From NCBI GenBank assembly GCA_022813865.1, contig JALDZX010000005.1, positions 310,001-374,000 on the forward strand: a stretch of DNA of 64,000 bases, given 5' to 3'. Shown piece after piece: positions 11,545-22,238 of the stretch. The position numbers and the translations under genes are program-made. Source of the stretch: Xylographa opegraphella. Lineage: Eukaryota. The notes under the pieces were generated by a model. That model saw nothing but the letters and a program-made list of their open reading frames with translations, did no database searches and was not told the DNA's origin. How positions within the stretch are numbered: position 1 is the first letter of the stretch; each line of letters begins with the position of its first letter.

Positions 11545-13339
11545 TTACTGCACAGCCTTCAGCTCCGTGGCAATCTTTCCGGTCAACAGCGTGTCTCGTG
11601 GAACGAACAGGCCGTGTGCATCTCCGGACTTGCTGGTCGGATCGTCCGCAATGAACAAACGTGCCCCGGGAAGCACCAGATTGGTGGTGAGGAAGTAGTC
11701 CAGGCCCTTGAGATCGAAGTTCATAGTCGGCAGATCGACATCAACGTTCTTGTACGGTTCGGGCAGGTCGACATGTTCGACGTCCCAGAACAGGAACTTC
11801 CCCGTCGCATCTTTATCCTTGACCGTGAACTTGGTTGGCATCGTAAACTTCAGCTTCAGCAAGTTCGGATTCGTCTCGAGGCGGCCGTCCTGCCAGGCAG
11901 CACTACCCCCGTGGGTGAAGCGCATCCTGATTGTCTTGGAGTCTACGCGCGAGTTCCCGAGGGACACCGAGGTTAAGAACCAAGATGTCTGAACCACGCC
12001 GCTGTCGTAGTCAACCGTCACTGCGGACGAAGACTGGGGTTTACCAAAGTGGAAGGTCGTTTCTTTGTCGTGCATGTTGAAATTGAGGTTCCCGTAGCGG
12101 ACCGTTTCAACGCTCAAGGTCCATTTGAAACTTGTGCCGCTGTAGCTGGACATGTCCTTCGTGATCTGCTTGTTGCACTTACCGTTGATAATAATTCCAG
12201 CTAATCCAGACTATCAGCATGTCTCATTTCGAAAATCACAATATCAAGCTTACTAGTGCCCGGGCCCGACGAAGCGTATAGCCCGTCATAGGTGCCTTTC
12301 TCCTTTAAAGCCGCCTGATGGCATTCAGCAGTCGATCACCATACAACTTGCGGAGACTTGTCACCCACAATGAAATAAGATGCCATGAGTTGATGGCTGA
12401 AGATAACACTCGCCGTACTCTCCAACGGAATGGAGTGCACGTTGAATTGGTCGGGGTGGAAGGACAGATCTTGTCTCGCTGACGCCCATTTGCCACCATT
12501 GGCACCACCTTCCACACCAGCCCACATACACAATGTGCCGGGGACGCCTTTATCGCCCCCAATACAGGTAAATGCGAAAGCTTGAGGCTTGAGAAGAGAT
12601 GAGCCATGGGCAGCAGAGTAGACGTTTGACAAGGCAGCAATGTACATCTTGAGGCCACCATGACTTCGCAGATGCGCTTTCAGACCTTCGCTCATCTTCG
12701 TGACGGCATCAGGAAGTAGAGCACCTGGGTTGTCCGTAGCGAGAATCTCAACGCCCAGGCTGTCCGATGCCAAGTCGATACATACTCCTTGGGCAGCGCC
12801 CGCTTCCGGCCTCATTAGGACAACGTGATTAGCGTCTGCCATCGTCGAAGCCGCATCGGTAGCAGGAACGAAGTCAGCGGTGGACGGCGTAGCTTTGTCA
12901 CTCAGGGTACCAGTGACGTTCCGAAGGTCAGTCTCGATGTTGAGCACGAGGTTTGGTGGTAAATCCCGAGCCTTGCCGTTCTTCGCCACGCTGCCCGTCA
13001 GGCCGAAGGATAGCATGATACGACTCTTGGTGCCTGTAAACTGGATCTTCGGTTTACTGATGACCACGTTATAGTCAAACTTAACCGTGCCATCCCAGTC
13101 ATCTATGCTATATCAGTGCAGATCCCACCAGAGACTCACGCAGACATGGTGCCAACATCACCTTTCACCTCCAATGACCACGGATCGACCTTACTCAGCG
13201 TTGTCAGAGCCTCTGCACGTACCGAGAGCAGCTTATTGATGGAGTCCTCATCGTACGAAACAAGTACGTCCCAGCCATTCAACGTATCCCGTCCGTTCAT
13301 CTCCTTCACGAGGTCGGCCGTCGACAATTTCTTAGCCAT
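11545..13339 (-). CDS. Hypothetical ~542 aa leaderless protein, P47/OrfX (TULIP)-like N-terminus
   Basis: Inferred exons 13339-13162, 13102-12369, 12314-12254 and 12200-11545 give a continuous frame. N-terminal TLNGWDVLVSYDEDSINKLL; beta-rich. Confidence 0.7.
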
Positions 13340-13442
13340 TGTAGATAGTGTGGTGGGCACTCGACAAGAAAGAATCAGCCTCTACAACAGAAAATCAGGC
13401 AGCAGCAGCTAAGATCTGCAAGAGATCTGGGAATCCTCCTAT

Positions 13443-13449
13443 CTTATAG
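13443..13449 (-). promoter_or_regulatory. TATA-like CTATAAG for the minus-strand gene
   Basis: About 105 bp upstream of ATG 13339. Confidence 0.4.
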
Positions 13450-14481
13450 GCAAGCCTGTAGGAGTGCAGCAGAAGCTATGTAGACGGCCCGGGGGGGGGG
13501 GGAGGCAAGCTGAGGCTGGCCACGGCCTCGTCATGCTGAGGACGATCTGTCGCTCAAGTGAGCGTAGCAAATCGATGAGAGAAGCCACATCACCAAAAGC
13601 CGGCGACCCGTCAGCCGGCCGCAGAGCTGGCTGGACATAGCCTTCACTCCATCGAAATGACACAGCGTCGATACTGGACAATAAGGTAGACAGGTGTACG
13701 TCTAGAGACTTGGCGCCCGGCCTCGAACTCTTTCCTTCAGCTGGCACGAACGCAGTCGAGAGCGGTCCAAATGCGTGCGTCCTGCGAACTACGAGAAATA
13801 CTGAGCTTTCTCTAGCCGCATTTGTCGTCTAATCCTGGCGCTAGTCATGCTAACGTGGAGTAGCGGGAAGCGAGAGATTCGCGAGAAGCGAGAGAATCAC
13901 TACTTCTACTGTACTCCGTACCTACAGTCTAGACTACCTTACGGTATGTAGCAGAACTACCGGCGGTACTACGTACGGTAGCTAGGACATCACAATCCTT
14001 ACGACAGACAACGGGAGGTTATCGATATGTTGATGCTTCAGCTGCTTTACCTGCCAAGAGTTGGGGGCGTCCTCCCTAATCCGATCCCCTAAGCTCACTA
14101 AAAGTTTCTCGCTTCCGGGTGAATTTCCACAGTAGGCAGGTAAGTTACGAGATGTACTGGTCTGTAAGAGTACTAACTGTGCCGAGCCACCAACATCGCA
14201 GCAGTCCATCCCCACTTACCAGCATAAACCCTATCCTCCTCGGGACTGTGCTTTCCCACATAGCATAAGGTAAGGCGAGACGGGGAAAGTACGGTACCGC
14301 ATAGTCAGGCAGAGCCGCTATCGGAGAGATCGTTTGACTACTGCAATGATGCCGAGCATTGGCAGTACTCGTGCGGTCCTGCATGGGCCGTTATGGTCTA
14401 GGCAAAGGTTCAGCTCTCGTTTGAACGCTCTAAGAAGGCCATCCCGCAGCACGCTGGCTGCTAGATAGGCTGCTAGGAGAA

Positions 14482-14488
14482 CTATAAG
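14482..14488 (+). promoter_or_regulatory. TATA-like CTATAAG for the plus-strand gene
   Basis: About 65-70 bp upstream of ATG 14554. Confidence 0.4.
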
Positions 14489-14553
14489 TTATTCGCGCCA
14501 CCTGCTCCGATGCACTCAGTGCACCGCGTCTTGCCTGCGGAAGTGGAATCAAC

Positions 14554-17500
14554 ATGACTGCTACAGTGAACATCAATCAAGACTTCGCCTCCTTTACGAA
14601 AGCTGGTATTACCGTGGTCATCAGTTCCCAAGATGTGCCTGTTGAGATCACCCAGACGTCGCCGTACTTGACGACCTTGTCTGGAACAGTCCTGATCTTT
14701 GCCGAGAACATCAGTGTGAGCAGTTCCATCAACTTGCCTGGGAAAACGCTGGGTCTCTTTTGCTACGACCTGCAGCTGAAAGGCACGGAGGTGTTGACGA
14801 TTGACGTCTCGGGCAAGAACGGAGACGTAGGGGTAGCGCGAACGAACGACACCGGTGTATCCGGGGGCGATGGCGGTGCCGCCGGTAAAGTTTATGTGTC
14901 TGTGCAGGGCCCTATCGAGTCATTGAGTCGATTGAGAATCAAGGCTCTCGGAGGAGATGGTGGTCAAGGTGGTGCAACAACAGGTACCGGCAAGAAAGGC
15001 GGCCCGGGTGGCAAAGGAGGCGCGAATGGTGATGATTTGGAGTCTACCTTATAGGATGTAGTGGAACTGATATGCTGGCAGGCACTGTGATGTTAAGATT
15101 TAACAGTGCGGTTCACGACGCTCTTGCAGCATTGATCGGTCAAGTACCGACACTCCGTACTGCGACATGGTCGGAACAGGCTAGAGCGACGTCTTTGACC
15201 CTCTCCAACGTGGGCACGGGGCTGCCGGCATGGGGTGCCATGTCCTTTTATGCCTTGTTAGCTAAATATCGTTATGATCTCTCCACAAACAGCAGGTCGT
15301 CCGAGTCTGGTAGGCCGCTGGCTAGTTATTTGCAGAATGATTTGGCGAGTTTCTCCAGCCTCGAAGAGTATCAAGCTCTCTTGCAGAAAAGTACCGACAA
15401 GCCGAATGAGCAAAGTCTACTCGATCTTATGGACAGCGAGCTCAAGGAGCCAGTACAAGAGTGCGTTAAAGCTTGCTTAGACGAACTCAGGGGTCAAGTG
15501 ACAAAATTGGAGGAAGCACATCGACAAAACATCGAAAGTGGTCCTGGTCAGTCATACTGCTTATCTGGAATGAAATTCAGCTGATCCAATGCAGGTGTTG
15601 GCGGTAGGGGTGGATCCAGCGCCGACGTAACTATCAGCGCAGGCGATCGAGGTGCGAATGGTGCAGATCCCTCAAGTCAAGAAAGCGTGCAATGTCGGCA
15701 TTTGCCAGCACCTGGCGAGAAACTTGACCTGGATTTTCTATATCTGAATGTATTCCCGGATCAGTGCCGTCTCTTGCTGAACCGAGCCGATGCTTCCTTT
15801 TTCGCGAACACCATCAAGAGCCTCAGCCTTGCACAGGCCTTGTACGAGAGACTTATTCGCCGGCTTTTCTTTATTTCTGAACTCAACAGCGAACAAGGTA
15901 AGCAATCTAAGATCTATAAACATTTGGAGGACATCTCGACAGGAAAACAGCTTTGTATCGCGCCACTTGCTGAGTTAAGCGGCGTGTTATGTGAGGCAAA
16001 ATCTCGACTTGCTAGAATCTCACTGGGTCAAGATATGTTTGGTCAAGGGCCGACTTGGGTGCCCCGATTGTCTTATGTCTCCTACTCCGAGCGTGCGAAA
16101 GATATGATCAGTAGATACAAGACCCTGGAGCAAACGTTGAAAGCCTATCAAGCCGTCGGAGAGACGGACGATGCTAAGAGAGAGAAAATTACAGCTGTAC
16201 GTGGTGCGGCCGAAGCTGAACAGCAAGTAAATGAGTCGAGAATCAATGCCATGTTCGACGAAAATGGCCCAATTCGGACAAGTGCATATAAGATCAAAGC
16301 CTACGACCCAATCATGAAGAACAAACGTCAAGACCTGAAGGCTGAAATCGACAGAGTCGCTTCACAGATCGATCGTTCCGTTAACGTCACCAAAGTCTTC
16401 GAAGCATTTTCAGCGATTGCAAGCTCCGACAGCAAAGCAGCTCTAGCTAAAAACAGTGCTGTGGGTGCGTTCAAACTGTACCAATCTGTTACGACTGTAC
16501 AGGGTGAAGACGGTGAGACGTATCCAAAGGAGTATGTCGTTAAACAAGTGACGACTTGTGGATCTACTTTGGAGTCCTTGACAGAGGCGGTCAAAACATA
16601 TGACGACGGTGTCATTGCTCTCGAGGATCCTGGTGCTTTAAAGATCATTGCTTCACGAGACGATATCAACAAGATGCTTGCGCAATTCAAGAGCGTACTG
16701 CCTGAGGGCATGCGCACAGGGTTGGGCAAGAATCTCGATGATTTTCTCGCGACGGTTGAGCTACGTAATAACGCGGTACTGGAGTTTAATTCAACATTGC
16801 AGATGGTTTTCGAGCTTCGAAGTAGTAACCAGCAACAGCTGCAAAAGATCCAAGCCTTGTCTTCACTCGATGGGAACAAAATCGATCCTGCTCTGCCGTC
16901 CATCATCAATTATCTCCGCAAGACGAGGGATGATCTGGCCTTTGCGATCATGCAAGAACTCAACTTTGGCGGTCGGGCTATTCGATACTGGGGTTTGCGG
17001 ACATCATTGCCGTTACAAGAACCCGGTCCGTTGAGGGGTGCTATAGAGCTCGAAGGCTATCAGCAGCTCCTCGAGAAGACATTCAGCGATTGTATTTCTG
17101 ACTATTCCGGCTCTGCGTGGTCAACTTGGCCAAGCAAAGGAGCTTTCGGGATCGCTTACAAGCTAGCCGATACACAGCTAAACGCCCTAAAGACAAAACA
17201 AACGGACAAGAAAGGATCTCCGTACTATCGAGCGACCATTACTATCACTCCGGATTTACCGGGCCTTGAGCGGATTAACGCCAACGTGCGCTTGACTCAG
17301 GTTCGTCTCTGGCTGACAAATGCTACACTCGCTCCTGGCAACGATGGTAGCAACCGCCGACCATTGACCATCAATTTGACACATACCGGCGTGGAACGCA
17401 TTTGGAGCAGCGCCGGTGCCAAATTCCATTTCTCGCACTCTCCAGTTGACATCAGCTTTACATACGACTGCACATCGGTTACGAGTTTTGACGCCATCAA

Positions 17501-17723
17501 GCAAGGGAACGTCGAGGGCAGGCAGAGTATTGAAGGCGACTTCAAGGGCGACGGTTCTGCCACCAAATACTCAATTGCGCCGCTTGGACCCTTCACCACC
17601 TGGATCGTGACTGTCCACTCGAAACAGAACCCAGGGCTTGATCTGTCAAGAGTCGATCATGCGTGGATGGAGTTTCGCGGACGCTCTAAGCCCTTTAAGG
17701 ACGGATCCGACGATGACCAATAG
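14554..17723 (+). CDS. Hypothetical ~1000-1020 aa leaderless toxin-like protein (Gly-rich N-terminus, long helical core, TcA-C-terminal-like beta domain)
   Basis: Inferred exons 14554-15028, 15082-15546 and 15595-17723 are in frame; one more in-frame intron near 15.24-15.30 kb is possible. GGDGGAAG/GGDGGQGG repeats; C-terminal APLGPFTTWIVTV..NPGLDLSRVDHAWMEFRG. Confidence 0.75.
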
Positions 17724-18668
17724 AGTTTCATCGGCTCCAAGGCGCTGAGACACAACTTTTGTATTGGAGTCTCCGTAAATCGAGCCTGGTGAGGTTGGCT
17801 TGCCATGCTTGACTTTTATGCTATTTCCTTTGCGCTAAACCTGATTCATCCCAAAGGGAGGGTTATAGATGTATAAGGGTTCAATAGGGCTAAACTCATA
17901 AACAAATCCGCAAAAGCGTGGTCAATTATCGTTCAGGTTCTTTGTGGAAACGCTCAAGTGAAGATCGCCCTCTGTAAGGTTTTTTTATCCACGCAGCGAA
18001 TCACTCTCGAGATAAACAACCTGATAGAATTGACTCCACGCCATAATGCCACACATTCGTGCTCACCTATTATTTAAAAACTCCAATTTTTCTAAGTATA
18101 TTTCAGCGGCCTAGGGACAATCTCGAATGCGTTGTGGAGCATAGCGTATAGTGCAACCACGACTCCGAAATCTTTCTCGACGCTATCACCGTCTCGAAAT
18201 CTCACCCTTCGATGATGACTTCGGCTCATAGTATACACCCTCTCTCACCACAGAAGTCTCCCGCCATGTAAGCGGTTAGCATCATCATCAACGAAGTCAA
18301 CACTACCATACGCCTTCCACAGTACCTGTTCAGGCTGTATATTAAGGCTAAGCTTCCATTTCGTATGGTCGGACCACAGCACGGACTTACCTGCTCCGTC
18401 GCGTAATGTCTCGTTACGTACCTTGGACGATAAGGCCCTGCAGGGTCTGTATTTATTGCGAGTCGTATTAAGGTGGTACCTTACCTACTGTGTACGATAC
18501 ATATCCTAGAGTAGCTAAGCCTAAAAAAGTAAGAAAGATGGCGCTAACGCTATATGCTAGCGAGTACTCCGTACTCCGTATTCTAAGTTTGAGTTTCTAC
18601 ACGAGTAAGAGCAAACAGTACGCAATAGTATCAGTACGCTCTGCAAAGAGCAGAAAATATCCTCCGAA

Positions 18669-19535
18669 ATGCCTACTATAGAGGTCTTACCAAACTCGAC
18701 TTCGATCTCTGCGCCAGGATGGACCTACGTGCCCGACACCGGCTACGATCCATCGAAAGCTCCGATTCAGGCCGGTCCTCGAAAGCGAAATGCAAGGATT
18801 GCAGGCAACAGTGGAGGCGATACCACAGCCCGACAGAACAATGCTATCCTAAAGCGTCTCGCCGATTTGGACAAGGACAACTCCAAAGATGTGCACATTG
18901 CCATACCTAACAAGCAGAAAGAGGGCGGTGGGCGAGGTATGAGTTCAAGGCTGGTTAACTATCAGAAACTTTCTAAGCCCGAGCATCTAGCCTCGAAAGG
19001 CAAGACCGCTGCCACTCGTAAGATTCTCGTAGCTCAGAAGACCTTTGCCAACTATATCGCGGATGAAGAAGCCCTGGCCGCTTTGGAGCCTCAGACCGCA
19101 GCGACATCGAAATCACGTGTATCCAACACGACACCAAGAAGGACTGCTTCTACTTTATCGCGAGAAACTTCCTCCTCCATAGCGCCGCAGGCATTGGGAG
19201 GGTTTCCCTTACACGAAAGTAGACCTGCAAACGCCAGTTCTATTGTTCCACTGCCCGGATATACTGGAAATGATGCAGCAGATGCCAGGCTGCTCCAATC
19301 CTCGGTTCCGGCGATACCTTCTGATAACCTTCTAGAAGCCCTGGTAACCGCACAGCCATTATCTTACAACGCCGCCAGAGCCGCACCGTCAAGTTCAGGA
19401 AAGCCACAGCGGCATTTCTGTGAATTTTGTGGCTACTGGGGCCAGATCAAATGTATCAAGTGTGGCGCCAGAGTCTGTGGACTGGTTTGCAAAAAGGCAC
19501 ACGACCAAGAGCGGTGCCAGAAGTACTTCGGATGA
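18669..19535 (+). CDS. VPS71: SWR1 complex subunit Vps71/Swc6 (HIT-type zinc finger)
   Basis: C-terminal RHFCEFCGYWGQIKCIKCGARVCGLVCKKAH; N-terminal APGWTYVPD; probable in-frame intron ~18938-18990. Confidence 0.85.
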   Translation: MPTIEVLPNSTSISAPGWTYVPDTGYDPSKAPIQAGPRKRNARIAGNSGGDTTARQNNAILKRLADLDKDNSKDVHIAIPNKQKEGGGRGMSSRLVNYQKLSKPEHLASKGKTAATRKILVAQKTFANYIADEEALAALEPQTAATSKSRVSNTTPRRTASTLSRETSSSIAPQALGGFPLHESRPANASSIVPLPGYTGNDAADARLLQSSVPAIPSDNLLEALVTAQPLSYNAARAAPSSSGKPQRHFCEFCGYWGQIKCIKCGARVCGLVCKKAHDQERCQKYFG

Positions 19536-19698
19536 ACCTGGACTTCGGGTTTTTTCTGCTCGAAACATCTTATGAGCTCCGGATTAATTGCTTATTTTGC
19601 TTCCGTTTAAGCCATAAGTTAGAAAACTTCCAAGGCGCGGATTTACACGAGTTCCTCGCAGTTATTTACCTACCTCGCGGGAGGTAAGTCAAATGTGC

Positions 19699-20247
19699 TT
19701 ACTTTCTGGCCGACACGTCTAAGGAAATCTTACGAATAACCCATTGAAACACGAGGCGATTGCAAAATAATAATGCAACGGCCACTATGCCAGTGTCTTG
19801 GTGCACGCTAGTTAAGCAGGCATAGTCACTGGCCGCATTCCGAACTCCGAGCTCGAGGAGTTGACGAAATAGTTCCACAAGATAATCCCATCTGTTCACA
19901 CGAGGGATGGTTCCTCCGACTTGAAGCGTAAGTCCGAAAGATGGCACAGGTGGAATGCGACCAAAACATACTTTGATGGAAATACTGCTTACCATGACAA
20001 CTTCGCTTCGAGCCAGCAAGCTATTCAGTACCAACTCGGTAATAAGCAGCCAGTTCGGCTGTACCTGGTCCAGTTCAATAAGTGGAGGGACACCAGTCGC
20101 GAATTCGATATCTTTCGTCCTCCCGGAACGCACATCTCTGCGATCTCGCAAAATACGTGGTTTCGCGGCACATGCTGGATGGAGCGATGAGGAGATCAAC
20201 CACGTTGGTGACGGCGCACAACACCATCTTATCATGAGCCATAGCAA
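19699..20247 (-). pseudogene. Possible degenerate hypothetical gene
   Basis: The C-terminal half looks protein-like (WDYLVELFRQLLELG...HQDTGIVAVALLF), but there is no convincing start or signal peptide. Confidence 0.3.
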
Positions 20248-20912
20248 CGGTCCAGAGACATGGTCAGAAAGATTGGGCTTCGTTTACCTCCGTACGACAC
20301 GCTATAAGCTCCAGACCACAGCCATGTGTTCCAACTCGTGGAGCTCAACTGGTTCGGAGCTTTGACCGGATGTGGGTCATGTTTCTTCTATTGGCTCCGA
20401 GACCGCGATATCCTCTCTGCAGGCGATGAGAGCGGCGAGATCTCATTCGCTGTGAGCCGGGTGCCGGATGCCTTGGCGCCTGCAGGCTGTCAAGCCACAT
20501 CAACCGTCGTGGTCGCGGACGGTTACATTGTGGCGCTTGTTGCTGGGCGGACCCTGCGCACTCTTCGTCGGAAATTTCTTTTATGCAGGCTAGGCTACAC
20601 ATGCTTACGCGCGTGTCGTGCGACTTCTTTGTCTACTATTGTTCTATACCTTCCGACGTGCATATGTCAATACAGGAGCAGCTCCGAGACCCTACTGTCA
20701 GCCTAATGCGCTTTTGTGCGAGCTGAGGCTGCCAATCTTTGGGGAATTGGGCTCAAGACTATAAGATGGTCTCTACCTGCGGGTTAATCCCAATTATTTC
20801 ACGGCAGCTTTGCGCAACAAGCACCATACCGCCCAAGGCTCTTCGTCACACACACTACAGCTCTAACTTCTGAAGAACATTCTAAACGAGGTACATCAGA
20901 GCAATTGTCATC

Positions 20913-21448
20913 ATGCAACTCATCGCCATCTCTTTCCTTGCAGCCGCAAGTCTTCTGACTTCACGGGCTTCAGCACAAGCGAATCTCGTTCCACCACCAC
21001 CTTGTCTTGTGGGTTTCTCGTAATATTCCGAGCGATTATCACGCCTCTTCTTTACTACCAAGTTACTGACAGCAGCATCAAGTACAACTGTATCCTAGCC
21101 TATGGTAACTGCGCTCTCTGCACTACATCTGGGACCAGCCAGATAACGAGCTGCATCGACGGCACTTGTGGCTACCAAGACGTTACATGTAGGTGTCTTG
21201 CTCTTTGGTGTTCGAACACATAACTATTGCGCTTTTATCGTCGTGGCAATCTGATCTCGCGCGCGTAAGCCTGACATTCAATCTTACAAGGCTAACCACG
21301 GATTCTAGATGCGGGGGCCTACTACAATTCCATCTGCAGCGATGGCGGGTATCAGGACTACGCCGTGACGCCCTCGGCTTTTGTCGCCATCCCGCCTACC
21401 GGTTGCGTTCCGGTGGCGCCGCCAAAGTGCACGAAGAAGGCGTGGTAG
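20913..21448 (+). CDS. Small secreted cysteine-rich protein, CFEM-like (3 exons, ~113 aa)
   Basis: Spliced product MQLIAISFLAAASLLTSRASAQANLVPPPPCL/YNCILAYGNCALCTTSGTSQITSCIDGTCGYQDVT/YAGAYYNSICSDGG...CVPVAPPKCTKKAW; both introns have CTGAC/CTAAC branch sites. Confidence 0.75.
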
Positions 21449-22238
21449 GCAGAATTTATTTAGACTGGACGTGGCATTCGTGATAGGGGAGGGGGTGGTT
21501 GGATACGTTGAGGCATAGGGAGCAATCGGCAATGACGGCCTGTTTGTTTTCATAGAACATACGACAGGGGCTTCGACGGCTTCGGAGGACATGTTAGTTC
21601 CTCGTGGGTTGTGAGACTTGGAGCTGGGTTCGTGATGTCTGTGTAAGGGCCGATGTAAGAGGTATTGAATATCTGTTCCATATTCATGATGTTCGTGCTT
21701 GATTCTTTATGCTTTTGTTGGATCGTCATACATCCTTATGCCCGGGTCCGATGCGTTATTGAGGGACGGCGCCCTATTATCAGGAATTTGGATGCTTTGT
21801 GCTTTTGGCCACCTTACATTCACATTACTAGTGGTGATGTGTATTTAGAGTCCTCGAGATGTTGTAGTCCGCCACGAGCGGAGGGTCTAATAGGTTACGA
21901 TGGAGATCGGTTGTGGTGTTAGGATAGTTGAAGCGATACGGAGTAGGCCATCGCCACATGCCAGTCGCGTGAGTTTGCCGCAATCATCAGATTTTTCGTC
22001 TAGGCTTGTATAACCAATTGGAGAAGTGTTTCTAATCAAGAGTAACTATAACTGAAGCTGAAGGCGTACACTCGAAACGTGGTGCCCTAAATCATCGCGC
22101 TAGCTATAATTGACGACGTCCGCCACATTGACGCCTTTGTTCTGCAGCGTTAAGATACTTAATTCAAACTACCTGAGAATGAGGTGGCTACGCCATGACT
22201 AGAGCTGGCGCTAGTCAGTAGCAAGCTGAGCAGGTACC

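Noticed and set aside
11100..18500. Transposon or Starship carrying the toxin-like pair
   Set aside because: No transposase or tyrosine recombinase, terminal repeats or target-site duplication recognised by eye.
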